A stretch of 64,000 bases of DNA from positions 130,386,001-130,450,000 of the forward strand of contig OX597815.1 of the NCBI GenBank assembly GCA_951406725.2, read 5' to 3'. This stretch comes from Octopus vulgaris (taxonomy: Eukaryota). The notes under the pieces are model-generated. The model made no database searches and was not told the origin of the DNA. It worked only from the letters and a program-made list of their open reading frames with translations. Positions 13,321-26,462 of the stretch are shown in pieces (within the stretch, counting starts at the first letter, position 1; each line of letters begins with the position of its first letter). The position numbers were made by a program, and so were the translations under genes.

Positions 13321-14210
13321 AATCTACACTGGTATCTTTATAATCCAAAGTGTTTTGATAAATAACAAAATAGCTGTCTTTCTATCCCCTCCAGCCTCGC
13401 TTCACTTATTCCACCCTACCCTCTCACTTAGTTGTGTTTTCTGAAATCAAAATTAAAGCTGATGGCATTCCACTTTGAGATTGTCTTTATAATTTTAATG
13501 TCAACATTTCCATGCTTGCACAGGCCAGGTGGAATTTGTTGAAGTGGATTTTCTACAATCAGAAGCCCTTCCCATCACCAACCCTCACTAGCTTCCAGAA
13601 ATGTAGGATTTGCCTGAGGCTGGATAAGTTTTCATGGAATATTATAATTGAAGGAAACCCCTTGTATGATGGTAACACTTGTTTTTAACTAAAGCACAAT
13701 GTCAAGACACGGTAACACAAATTCTCCCCTCCACACACACACACACATGCATGACAGGCTTCTTTCAGTTTCCGGTCCTGAAACCATGTAGCTGGGAGGC
13801 AAGCCGCTTAACCACACAAGCTCTTGAAATGGTTAATGAAATTCTAACGGAATCACAGTGTGGAATTTGGAAGGCCATCATGAAGAGGACATCTGTCATT
13901 GTGCTGAGGCATAGAAACTTGGCAGGATTATAATGTACCTTCTGAAAGGAACTATTTAGAGAGTATAAATATATTATCCACTGGGGTACAGATGTACTTT
14001 TTTTTTTTTATAACAAGTCTGAGTTGGAGGTAAGGAACTTTCTGATAACACCTTGTAAATGAATTTTTTATTGTTGTTTTGTTGCCAGAAATTAACATTT
14101 TATTTATTTTTTTGTGTCTCTGTCTCCTTCCCCTTCTCTTTCTCCACCCCCCTGACTTGTTAAGTTATTTTCTTTTGATGTTTTTTTTCTGCGCTCTGTC
14201 TTTTTGTCTA

Positions 14211-14249
<39 letters not shown>

Positions 14250-14812
14250 TCGTATGATTAATGATAAGGAAGAACTGGAAATAGACTAGTGTGTGGAATA
14301 GAATTGGAATACGAGATAGTTATTTGACAAGACAATCTGATCCATGTAAACATTTAACGAGAGAATAGACATGAACGTGAAAGACTAACGTGAAAGACTA
14401 TTTACAACAACAATAATAAAAAAGAAGGAAATATGAAAGTAACGTTAGCCAAATGGAAATGAATGCGGCACTGAGTGAGCAGGAGTGTTTACATTAAATG
14501 TAAATATTAAGTGTTAATCCAGGACTGCATTCTCAGACAGAAAACAACACTGACTCACGATTCACAACATAGCTTTCTCTGTTGGTTTGTCTGTCTGCCT
14601 GTCTCTATCATCGCGCGCACACACACGCACGCGCGCTCTTCTGTAGTGTGTGTACATGTGCGTATCTATATGTTGGTATGTATGGATATAGGTGTGCATA
14701 TTTGTATGCAGGTACATAAGTTTGCTATCTGGTATATATGTAACTATGTATGTCTGTATGCCGGTGTATGTTAGCACGGTGGCTTGTATGTATTTATTAC
14801 GTACGTAGGTGT

Positions 14813-15795
14813 CAAGGCTGGCCCTACGGTTACTGGCGCCCCGGGCAAGCTGAACTTCGGCGCCCTCACATGTATAATTTTTAAAACTTTCACGTGGAGA
14901 AAATCTGAAAATTTAAACTAAAAAGCACATGGCTCCCCGGTGCGAAATTTTTTTCCATGAGAGTTCCGGACTCCAGTAATAAACTTATTTGCATATAAGC
15001 CAATCAGAGCTCGCTTTGACCTTGACCTTGTCAAGTTAACAAAGGTTGTTGCTGGTGGCAGAAACCGCATTGATGCTGGCAGACCGTTGAAGCATTGTTT
15101 GAAAAGTGTGAAAGGAAAGGTGCCATTCAGCTCTCAGATAATGCCCAACAAGACCAACAAACATTATTAAAAGAGAAAAGCAGCATAGTCGTTCCTTACC
15201 CAAGTGACCTTATCTTATTTCTTTATTGCTCACAAGAGGCTAAACATAGAGGGGATAAACAAGGACAGACAAAGGGATTAAGTCGATTACATCAACCCCA
15301 GTGCGTAACTGGTGCTTAATTTATCGACCCCGAAAGGCAAAGTCGACCTCGGTGGAATTTGAACTCAGAACGTAAAGACAGACGAAACACCTATTTCTTT
15401 ACTACCCACAAGGGGCTAAACACAGAGGGGACAAACAAGGACAGACATAGATATTAAGTCGATTACATCGACCCCAGTGCGTAACTGGTACTTAATTTAT
15501 CGACCCCGAAAGGATGAAGGGCAAAGTCGACCTCGGCGAAATTTGAACTCAGAACGTAGCGGCAGACGAAATATCGCTATGCATTTCACCCAGCGTGCTA
15601 ACGTTTCTGCCAGCTCACCAAGTGACCTTATCTTATCGCCCATCACTTGTTATGCGATCATAAATTAGTTTGATAGTTGAGCTCAGATTGGCAGTATGCA
15701 AATGAGTTCATAACTGGGGTCCAGAACTCATGTGGGAAAAAAAATTTCACGCCCCAGGCAACTGCCTGAGTTGCTGGTACCTTGAGCCGGCCCAG
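14813..15795. mobile_element. hAT-like element with inner inverted repeat and nested SINE
   Basis: TIR CAAGGCTGGCCC / GAGCCGGCCCAG, TSD-like GTAGGTGT/TTAGGTAT, inner IR ~14938-15012 / 15679-15753. Confidence 0.6.
15219..15617 (-). mobile_element. Tandem tRNA-derived SINE (Nin/Deu-like core) with 19-bp TSD
   Basis: CCAAGTGACCTTATCTTAT at 15200-18 and 15618-36. Core GCCTTTCATCCTTTCGGGGTCGATAAA. Confidence 0.85.
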
Positions 15796-15945
15796 TTAGG
15801 TATATATGTATTTACATATGTCCATATGCAGGTATGTATCTGTATATTTCCGCTAATATATATGTTTATATACAGGTATGTATGCATGTAAATATGTATC
15901 TATGCAGGTATATATGGCCTAGCTCTCTGCAGATATATATATATA

Positions 15946-16206
15946 TTGGAGATGTACTTGCATAGCAAGTGACCTGATCTGAGATTGTGTACTGGAACGA
16001 AAACAATTGCAGTGTGGAAGGTGTTTATAAGCCATTTAAGAAGCACACAAAATTAGTTAGATTCACTTCAACATTTAAATTTAATTTGTCAAAATATTTT
16101 TGTCACTTTGAGATCGCGACCTGTTCACGTGCAGCACGGAATTTAAATGTTGAAGTGAATCTAACGGATTTTGGGTGTTTCTTGAATGGCTTCCATGCTG
16201 CAATTG
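15946..16206. mobile_element. Fold-back element in (TA)n
   Basis: Arms ~16004-16082 / 16139-16206, with left extension 15946-16003. Confidence 0.65.
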
Positions 16207-16223
16207 TATATATATATATATAT

Positions 16224-16793
16224 GGAAAAATGGAGAAATAAATATGTATATTTAATTTATTTGCATCATAGTTTATTTTTGAAATATAAATACAAATAAA
16301 TTTCTTTTTTATTAAACACCATTGAAGACTCAAAAACCTACATGTTTCGATTCTAGCTCCTTGGTAATACATTTTTCAAAACATTTGGGTTAAATCCAAT
16401 GTTAAGAATTTAAATTGTAAGGGATAGAATCTCTTCAGGGTTTTTGTTTTAATGGTAATGAAGGTTACATCTTACTTGTAGGAATTCAAATTCATGACTT
16501 GTGTTTTGAATAATGTATTACCAAGGAGCTGGAATCAAAACATGTGTAGGTTTTGGGGTCTTCTATGGTGTTTTTTTTTTTAAAAGAAATTTATTTGTAT
16601 TTATATCTTAAAAACAAACTATGATACAAAAAATTAAATACACATATTTATCTCTCCATTTTCTTATTATTATATTCAACTATTATAAACCATAACACAA
16701 TGTAGAAATTTTCTTTTAATGTGATGGAGATTAAACCAATGAAATTTTAGATCTATTAATCCCTAATGAGGATAAGACATCCTTGAATTGACT

Positions 16794-16796
<3 letters not shown>
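16224..16796 (-). mobile_element. Penelope-like inverted pLTR pair containing the intact hammerhead
   Basis: Arms of about 160 bp (16224-16383 / 16502-16664), right-side extension to ~16796, flanked by (TA)n. Confidence 0.75.
16331..16446 (-). ncRNA. Minimal type I hammerhead ribozyme (Penelope-like pLTR type), intact core
   Basis: Minus strand: stem I CAAAAACC, CUGAAGA, stem II GAUUCUA...UAGAAUC with long loop, GAAAC-AU-GUA, stem I' GGUUUUUG. Stem III is palindromic (ACAUGU). Confidence 0.85.
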
Positions 16797-16832
<36 letters not shown>

Positions 16833-16835
<3 letters not shown>

Positions 16836-17077
16836 ATAAGATCGTTATTTAAATACCAGACTTATCAGGTGGCTAGCATGGGAATAAAAACCTTCAAAGG
16901 TAATAATTATTATTAAAATTATAATTTAGGGTATCTAAGAGATACCACCACACTGGAAATAGCAGTCAAAACTTGACTCTAAAACTGGCGTTTTGAAATA
17001 CAGTTAATGTGGTTTTAGAGTCAAGTTTTAGCTGCTATTTACAGTGTGGTAGTATCTCTTAGATACCCTAAATTATA

Positions 17078-17082
<5 letters not shown>
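16833..17082. mobile_element. Fold-back element in (TA)n
   Basis: Near-perfect 70-bp arms 16915-16985 / 17012-17082, with a left extension. Confidence 0.7.
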
Positions 17083-17121
<39 letters not shown>

Positions 17122-17228
17122 AATTGGCATGACTCCCATCACTATCACACATAGATAGGAACAGATAAACATGAAACTCATATATCCAACTTCTCCGCAC
17201 TTTTTTAAAGTTCCTATTATGTTTTCTC

Positions 17229-17309
17229 TATGCTGATGAGTACTATGATATTTGCAAATTCAAAAATGAATTTATATCTCTGTACGAAACGATTGTATGC
17301 ATCAATAAA
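17229..17309 (+). ncRNA. Minimal hammerhead ribozyme, stem I damaged
   Basis: CTGATGA 17233-39, stem II GTAC...GTAC, GAAAC-GATT-GTA 17286-97, then TGCAT and AATAAA 17304-09. Confidence 0.7.
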
Positions 17310-17559
17310 ATTCTTACAACTTTTTAACATCTTATCTCCTACATTTTTGACAAATATAATTGGATTTGTAGAACTTCACTCTATAAATTAATCATACACT
17401 AAATATTCTAATACTACATTTCATATCTTTGCCAATTTACTCTCTGCAAAGTTTGAAGAATCAGTGTTGGAAATGTTTTTGGAAACCACTCCAATTAAAT
17501 GACAAATCCACATTCAACCTTTTACACATGTATGTGTAAATATATATACATATATATGT

Positions 17560-17615
17560 ATGTATATTTGTATAAGTATATGTATGTATGTATGTATGTA
17601 TGTATATATAAGTGT

Positions 17616-17652
<37 letters not shown>

Positions 17653-18058
17653 ATATAAGTGTTATATATATATGTATGTATGTATATATAAGTGTTATAT
17701 ATATATATATGTATGTATGTATATATAAGTGTTATATATATATATATGTATGTATGTATATATAAGTGTTATATATATATGTATGTATGTATATATAAGT
17801 GTTATATATATATATGTATGTATGTATATATAAGTGTTATATATATATGTATGTATGTATATATAAGTGTTATATATATATATATGTATGTATATATAAG
17901 TGTTATATATATATGTATGTATGTATATATAAGTGTTATATATATATATATGTATGTATATATAAGTGTTATATATATATGTATGTATGTATGTATATAT
18001 GCATGTATATATAAGTGTTATATATATATATATATATGTGTATGTATGTATATATGTG

Positions 18059-18092
<34 letters not shown>

Positions 18093-18200
18093 ATGTATGT
18101 TTATATAAGTGTTATATATATATATGTATGTATGTTTATATAAGTGTTATATATATATATGTGTATGTATGTATATATAAGTGTTATATTTATATATATA
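17560..18200. repeat. Compound micro/minisatellite: (TATG)n-TATATAAGTGT-(TA)n, period about 36-46 bp
   Basis: About 14 recurrences of TATAAGTGTTATA. Confidence 0.9.
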
Positions 18201-19479
18201 TGGCCTAGTTCTCTGTCAGTTATGATGAGTGTTCCAGTTGATTTGGTCAGTAGATCAGCCTGCTTGTGAAATTAACGTGCAAGTGGCTGAGCACTCCTCA
18301 AACATGTGTATTCTTAATGTAGTTCTCTTGCCACCAAATGTGACAAGACTGGCCTTTTGAAATACAGGTACAATGCATTTTTGCCAGCTGTATGGATTGG
18401 AGCAACATGAAGTAAAATATCTTGCTCAAGAACACAACATGTCACCAGGAATCGGACACACCGCCTTACAGTCGTGTTCCAAATACCCCAGCCATTTATT
18501 CATTTATGTACATTAAAGTAAGACAGTTCTGGCTATCAGTTGACTCCATTGTCGCATTTTCTTGTCAAGAAAGGCAAGCAGTTTTCATCAAAAAACCCAT
18601 CTGAGATTTTGATGATGTGATTGTTTATTTTTAGAATAGCATTGTCAGGTAAGTGTGAGGATCGGATCTGGCTGGTTTGAACATAAAGGAGAATATTTGG
18701 GCTGATATGGCCAGTTTTAATGCTAAAGGATGAAGTAGCATTTGAAAAGGAAGCTCAAGATGAAGGGTTATCCCAAAGAAGATGTGGAATCTTCATCTCA
18801 GTGAAATGAGACAAAGCAGACTTGATAGTTGATTTGTAACCATATGGTTTTGAGTTCAGCCCAACTGCTTGGCACTTTAGGCAAGTGTCTTGTATGATAG
18901 CTGTGGGGCCAACTAATACCAAATGAGTGAATTTGGTAGATGGAAATTATATGCAAGCTCATCAGATGTGTGTGTGCATGTGCATGAGTGTTTGTGTGCA
19001 TGTGTACGTGCATGCATGTGTGTGTGCATGTATGTGTCTGTGTATGCGTGTGTATGTGCAAATGTGTGTGCATGCGTGTGTGTGCATGTATGTGTATGCA
19101 TGTGTAAATGTGTGTGTGTGTGTATGTGGTGCATGTGTGCGCAAGTTGTTAGGAGTATTTGGCTCATGATCTTAAGCTCATGAGTTTGATTACCAGGGGC
19201 ATGTTGTGTCCTTGAGCAAGACATTTTATTCTATGATGCTCCAGTCCACTCAGCTGTCAAAAACTAGTTGTGCCTCTGTTATAAAGGGCCAGCCTTGTCA
19301 CATTCTGTGTCATGCTGAATCTCCCTGGGGACTGTGTCAAGGGTATACGTGTTTATGAAGTCCTCAGCTATTTGCACGTTAAGTTCATGAGCAGACTGTC
19401 ACATTGATCGAATCAACTGAAACCATTGCTATCTTAACTGACAGAATGCAAGTTATATATGTATATATTTGTGTATGTG

Positions 19480-19518
<39 letters not shown>

Positions 19519-19756
19519 CATGCACACTATCCATTCGTAATAAGAAAATATGAACTCCTATCGGAATTTACATACCATGGACAAGAAGCCTCTCTATCCA
19601 TTCTACACAACGCATTTCTTGGATAATGGAACTGCAACTGTAACATCCAACATATTTTTATTCTCATATTTCCTTTCATACTCCCTATATCTCTCCCTTT
19701 CCAACATAACTTCTTATATTGAACTCTACTATTTCCGTCTGTTTAACTCTCTCATA

Positions 19757-19808
19757 TTGTCTTTGATGATGGGATAACTTTTATATCTCTGAAACAGCTG
19801 TAAGACTA
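19757..19808 (+). ncRNA. Minimal hammerhead ribozyme relic (C3 to U)
   Basis: GTCT, TTGATGA, stem II GGGATA/TATCTC, GAAAC-AGCT-GTA (palindrome ACAGCTGT), AGAC. Confidence 0.65.
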
Positions 19809-19876
19809 CCTTTCTCTTTATGAAATATCCTAGAAATTTCACACTGCCTTGGCTTTATTGTCTCATTTTATTTAGC

Positions 19877-19917
<41 letters not shown>

Positions 19918-21184
19918 GGGAAGGTTTATGAAAATAAACAAAAGACGAAGGCAGGTGGAGTACAAACAAACAAATGTATTAGTATGGCGCATATATATAT
20001 GTGTGTGTGTATGTGTGTGAGTGTGTGTGTGTGTGTCTGTTTGTCCCCACATATTGCTTGACAACTGCTGGTTTTTTGGTAATATCCCTATAACTTAACG
20101 GTTTTTGGCACGAAAGACTGGTAGAATAAGTATCAGATTTCAAAAAATAACAAGTACTGACGTCGACTTGTTTGACCGAAGTCCTTCAGTGCAGTACCCC
20201 AGTATGGCTGCAGTCCAATCTTAAATTGATATAAATTAAAAAACTCTCCCTCAAAATTTCATGTTAATATATATATTCCAAACACTATCATTATCCTGAT
20301 CATTTAACGTCCGTTTTCTATACTGGGGATGGTTGAACTGTTTGACAGAAGCTGAGAAGTCAGAGGGCTGCACCAGGCTCTGGTCACCTATTTTGGCTTG
20401 GTTTCTACTGCTGGATGCCCTTCCTAACATCAATGACTTTACAGAGTGTAATGGATGCTATTCATGTGGTACCAGCATGGGCGACTTTTATGTGACACCT
20501 GCATGGGTACTTTTAATATGGCACCAGTACAAGCGCTTTTTATGTAGCACCAGCAAAGATGTTTATCAAATTCTTCATTATCTTCTGAATTTATTGAAAT
20601 AAATGCAGGCAGTATATTTTAACAAGAATATGGTAATAAAAGGGTTAAAAACAACTGATAATAATGACATCCTATGATGATAAGGTAACCATTCTCTTTT
20701 ATTCTTTCAGTAAATCCTCCCTTCCATCTTTTATCTCTAGTTTTACTGATGTAATCTTTCTATTATAGGCACAAGGCCTGAAATTTGTGGGGAGGGGACC
20801 AGTTGATTAGAATGACCCCAGTACACAACTGGTACTTAGTTTATCGACCCTGAGAGGTTAAAAGGCAAAGTTGACCTCGGTGGAACTTGAACTCAGAATG
20901 TAGCAACAGGCGAAATACTGCTAAGCATTTTGCCCAGCATGCTAACTATTCTGCCAGCTCACTGTCTTTCTAGTTTTACTGATATAACTCCTGATATCAC
21001 ACAAAACATTAGCTATTCTGTCATCATCATCATTTAATATTTGTTCTCTATGCTGGCATGGGTTTGGTGGTTTGACAGGAGCTAGGCAAACTGGAGAGCT
21101 ACATCAGGCTTGAATTGTCTGTTTTGGCATGCTTTCTATGCCAGGATGCCCTTCTTAATACCAATCACTTTACAAAGTATACAG

Positions 21185-21885
21185 GGTGCTTTTTACATGG
21201 CACCAGCACAGGTGCTTTATGCGTGGCACCAGCATGATTGCTTTATACGTGACACCAGTACAAGTGCTTTATACATGGCACCAGCACAGGTGCTTTATGC
21301 ATGGCACCAGCACAGGTGCTTTATGCATGGCACCAGCATAGTTGCTTTATACGTGACACCAGTACAAGTGCTTTATACATGGCACCAGCACAGGTGCTTT
21401 ATATGTGATACCAGCATGGGTGCTTTATACGTGGCACCAGCATGGGTGCTTTGCATGTGGCACCAGCATGGGTGCTTCATCTGTAGCACCAGCATGGGTG
21501 CATTTTACATGGCACCAGCATGAGAGCTTTATATGTGACACCAGCACAGGTGCTTTATATGCGGCACCAGCATGGGTGCTTTGCATGTGGAACCAGCACA
21601 GGTGCTTTATACGTGGCACCAGCATGGCTGCTTTATATGTGACACCAGCACGGGTGCTTTATGTGGCACCAGCACAATTGCTTTATATATTACACCAGCA
21701 TGGATGCTTTATATGTGGAACCAGCATAGGTGCTTTATATGTGGCACCAGCATGGGTGCTTTGTATGTGGCACCAGCACGGATGCTTTGTACATGACATC
21801 GGTATGGACACTTTATATGCTGCACAAGCACGAGCGCTTTATATACGACACCAGCACAGGCGCTTTATACGTGGCACCAGTACAG
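21185..21885. repeat. 26-bp minisatellite (~27 copies) within an RTE 3'-UTR copy (21022-21885, -)
   Basis: Unit GGTGCTTTATAYGTGGCACCAGCAYR. Confidence 0.9.
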
Positions 21886-22529
21886 ATAAATTTTTATTTA
21901 ATTGCTTTGTGAGTCAATCCCATCTTTCACCAATCTTTTGAACTCACAAGCTTACCTGGGAACCATTATGTAGCTGCTTATCTAGCTAGACATAGCAGCT
22001 AAATCAAAGCACTGCCTTCAAAGATTCAGTCAATTATATGCCCACTCTTCTCTCCTCTGTGAAGGTGCATGACCCAGTGGTTAGGTGTGTTGTCCTCATA
22101 ATTGTGAGATCAAGGTTTCGATTCCTTGATCAGCTGTACATTGTGTTTTTGAGCAAAACACTTCATTTCACATTGCTCAGTCTGCCCAACTGTAAATAGG
22201 GTACCACTGTGACAGAATAGTCTTCTGATCAGGGTGAATGCTGGCCTGCTCGCCTAGCCAGTTGGGTAGCATCATACAAAAGTTAAAATGATGCAAAGTG
22301 CATTGTACATAGTGATGTATAACAACACCTGATAGTCTGGTTGATCATGTGATATTAACCCCAATAATTATTGTTTTTAGGAGTTTGGTGCTAATTTTGC
22401 TGTTGTCTTTGTCAAACTAAGTTAGACCCTTGTCCAACATGCCAATGCTGGTGGAGTCAACCTGAAACCACTAGGGTGGGCAGTGAATACCTTAACCACA
22501 AAAGAAACACCTCAAGTGGTCTTTCTTAA

Positions 22530-22749
22530 TCCTTTTGTTACCAACCTGACTGAAACCAGCTCTGGCTCTGAGTACAAATGTCTCGTTTCCATAAGTTTTG
22601 AATCAAAATCTTCCACCAAACCTAAGTCACAATTTATGTTCCTAACACTATCTTAATGATAACTAAGTTATTTTACTAAATTCTTTGTTGTATTTAAAGT
22701 AATTGAGAGAAACACAGAGCATCTCAAAATAATTACAGTAATGAAAGGG
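22530..22749. mobile_element. TTAA-flanked (piggyBac-like) MITE
   Basis: TTAA-TCCTTTTGTTAC...GTAATGAAAGGG-TTAA. Confidence 0.65.
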
Positions 22750-22856
22750 TTAAATTCTATTTTCACAATGTAAGAGATACTGTGTCTGGAAAACACTGGG
22801 CCAATCTTCTTTTGCTATTGGTCCCTATCTGTAGCAAGGTCAGCTGCTTCACTCTC

Positions 22857-22907
<51 letters not shown>

Positions 22908-23247
22908 TACACACACACACAGTCGGATGTGCATATGTCTACATGGTATTGTCATTAAAAGAATCTTCAACTGAAATTAAGGTAACTTTGCCAAATAACA
23001 CATGTTTTAGTAATTTGAAACTGCACCTCAGTTTGGAAGTACTGACATTTAAACAGTTTTATTCTTCTCCTTCTCTTTCTCTCCCCACCCCCTCCATGTC
23101 ACTCCTCCTCTCTCTGTCTGTCTCTCTTCCTTCTCTGTCTTTCTTTCTTTCTTCCTTCTGCTCTTTCTTGTCGTTATTGATTTATATTACCTTCCTTTTG
23201 CTAATGCAACTAACAAAGTAACTAACATTTTATCTATGTGTGTGTGT

Positions 23248-23291
<44 letters not shown>

Positions 23292-23322
23292 ATGTATATA
23301 TATATATATATGTGTGTGTGTA

Positions 23323-23414
<92 letters not shown>

Positions 23415-23974
23415 AGTATATGTTGTTTCTTGTAGGTGTGCATATCTGTTGATATGATATCTGCCTGATAATAGTTGTAGGAGTGGCAAAAGTTTATTCA
23501 CATCTCATGATTTGTTTATGTTTCTCGCTTCCTTCCAAGTTATTGCACTACCGTTTAGTGCTCTGTATCATCATCATAATCATCATTATTATCATTATCA
23601 TTATTATTATTATTTGCCTGCTTTCCAAGTTGGCATGGGTTTGACGGTTTGACTGGAGCTAGCCAGGCAGGGGCCTGCACCAGACTTCTGTGTCTGTTTT
23701 GGCATGGTTTTTACAGCTGGATGCTCTTCCTAACCACCTTTATTATTATCATTATTATTATTATTATTATTATGCTAAGATTAACTTTGCGTTTTATGCG
23801 CTTTGAGATTAATGAAATAAGTACCAGTTGAACACTGGGGTCAATGCAATTCAACTAGACCGATCTCACAAATTTCAGGCTCTGTGGCACCTTGGGAAAA
23901 TGTCTTCTATTATAGCCCAAGGCTAACCAAAGCATTGTGAGTGGGTTTGGAAGATGGAAACTGTATGGAAGCTT

Positions 23975-25362
23975 ATCCTCATTCAATGTCTGTTTTTCAT
24001 ACTGGCATTAGCTGAACTCTTTGACAGGATCTGGTGAGCCTCAGGGCTGCATTGTGCTTCTTGTCAGCTTGGGCATGGTTTCTACAGCTGGATACCCTTC
24101 CTAACGCCAACCACTCTGAGAGTGTAGTAGGTGCTTTTATGTGCCACCGGCACAAGGGCCACTCAGGTGGTACTGGCAGCAGCCACACTCAAATGGTGTT
24201 TTTTATGTGCCACCTGCACAAGAGCCAGTCCAGCAGCACTGGCAACAACCTCACTCGAATGCTTTTTCACGTACCAGTAAGGCGACGCTGGTAATGAGCA
24301 CAGACAAACGGTGCTTTTTACATGCCATCGGCACGGAAACCAGTCAGCTGCTCTGGCAACGATCATGCTCGGATGGTGCTCTTAGTGCTCCATTTGCACG
24401 GATGCTAGTCATCGAATTTGATTTCGATTTCACTCGCCTCAACAAGTCTTCGCCAGCAGAGTTTAGTGTCCAATGAAGGAAAGGTACGCATAAGTGGGCT
24501 GGTTACACCCCTGGCATAGGCTACGAGATTATGGTCTCACTTGGCTTGCCAGGTCTTCTCAAGCACCGCATATTTCCAAAGGTCTCAGTCACTAGTCATT
24601 GCCTCGGTTAGGCCTAATGTTCAAAGGTCGTGCTTCACCACCTCATCCCTGGTCTTCCTGTGTCTGCCTCTTCCACAAGTTCCCTCAACTGCTTGGGTGT
24701 GGCACTTTTTCACACAGCTATCCTCATCCATTCTCACCACATGACCATACCAGTGCAGTTGTCTCTCTTGTATACTGCATCTGATGCTTCTTAGGTCCAA
24801 CTTTTCTCTCAAGGTACTTACACTCTGTCGAGTATGCACACTGACATTACACATCCCTCGGAGCATACTGGCTTCATTCCCTGTGAGTTTATGCATGTCC
24901 TCAGCAGTCACAGCCCATATTTCACTGCCATGTAGCATGGCTGTCCGTACACATGTGTCATACAGTCTACCTTTTATTTTGAGCAAGAGGCCCTTTGTCA
25001 CCAGCAGAGGTAAGAGCTCTCTGAACTTTGCCAGGCTATTCTTATTCTAGCAGCTACACTTTCAGCTCACCCTCCCCCACTACTGACTTGGTCACCTAGG
25101 TAATGGAAGCTATCAACTACTTCTAGTTTTTCTCCCTGAAATGTGGTGGAAGTTGTTCTCTGCACATTTTCAGTGTTTATTGCTCCTGAGCATCTGCCAC
25201 ATACAAAAACTATCTTCCCAGTTAGCCTTCCTTTGATATTGCTGCACCTCTTATGTGTCCATAGCTTACACTGGGTACATCTTATAGAATTTCTACCTAT
25301 GCCTCTTCTACAGATTGAGCAGGGCCATCTACCTGAAGGGATTTGTGGTTTATAGACTTCTT
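23975..25362 (-). mobile_element. 5'-truncated RTE-clade LINE (RT C-terminus + 3' UTR)
   Basis: Disrupted ORF with CSIC...CTQC...HKRC...CGRC finger, LEVVDSFHYLG, KGRLYDTCVRTAMLHGSE.W, LHWYGHVVRM and GRGR motifs, ending ~24538. Followed by a UTR with ~60-bp repeats and the GGAAGGGTATCCAGCTGTAGAAA block. Confidence 0.9.
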
Positions 25363-25909
25363 TCACTTTCAGTTTACTAAATCCACTTACAAGGCTTTGG
25401 CCAGCCTAAGGCTAGAGTCAAAGGCACACTTGCCCGCAGTCCCATGCAGTGGGACTGAATCTAGAACTATGTCGTTGGGAAGTAAATGTCTTACCACACA
25501 GCCATGCCTAACTGATTTGATAGAATTCTTAGAGCAATCCAGAGTTAGAGATACTTGCCTAAGGTGCTAACAATATAACATTAAACTTTAGTAGTGTACA
25601 TATTTATCCTACTTCTAGAAAGAAAACAGTGACAGTAACCAAACTTTGAAGTCACTATCAATGTTTACCCTGTAAAAATTAACATACACACGCACACACA
25701 CACACACACGCACACAAACATTTGATAAACTTCCACATTTCCTGTGTTTAACAGCAGTTGCTTTTATGACTTTTATAATAAGTCTTAATGATTTTGTTAT
25801 CTTTTGTTACTCTTTAGAAATTTATTGGATTGGGTTCAAATTAATTATTTGAAGTTTAATTTACATCACCAATGGTGTGTGTGTGTATATATATATGTAT
25901 ATATATATG

Positions 25910-25940
<31 letters not shown>

Positions 25941-26392
25941 GTGTATATATATATATATATGTATATATATATGTATATATATATATATGTATATATGTAT
26001 ATATATATATACATATACATACTATTTTTTCTTCAAGCTGTTTCCTATTCTTGGAATCATTTTAACATGGTGTATTTACATGAAACTATTTAACTATTTA
26101 ATTGGACATGTTGTACATTAATTAGAAGTGCTAGTTATTAATTTCTAACATTGGTACACTGATACTCTTTTACTCTTTTCAGTCATTTGACTGCAGCCAT
26201 GCTGGAGCATTGCTTTTTAGTTGAGCAAATTGACCCCAGGAGTTATTCTTTGTAAGCCTGGTACTTATTCTATCGGTCTCTTTTTGCCGAGCCACTAAGT
26301 TACAGGGACGTAAACACACCAGCATTGGTTGTCAAGCGATGTGTGTGTGTGTGTGTGTGTGTATGGTGGCAAACACAGACACACAAACATAT

Positions 26393-26440
<48 letters not shown>

Positions 26441-26462
26441 TCACACACATACACATATTTGT

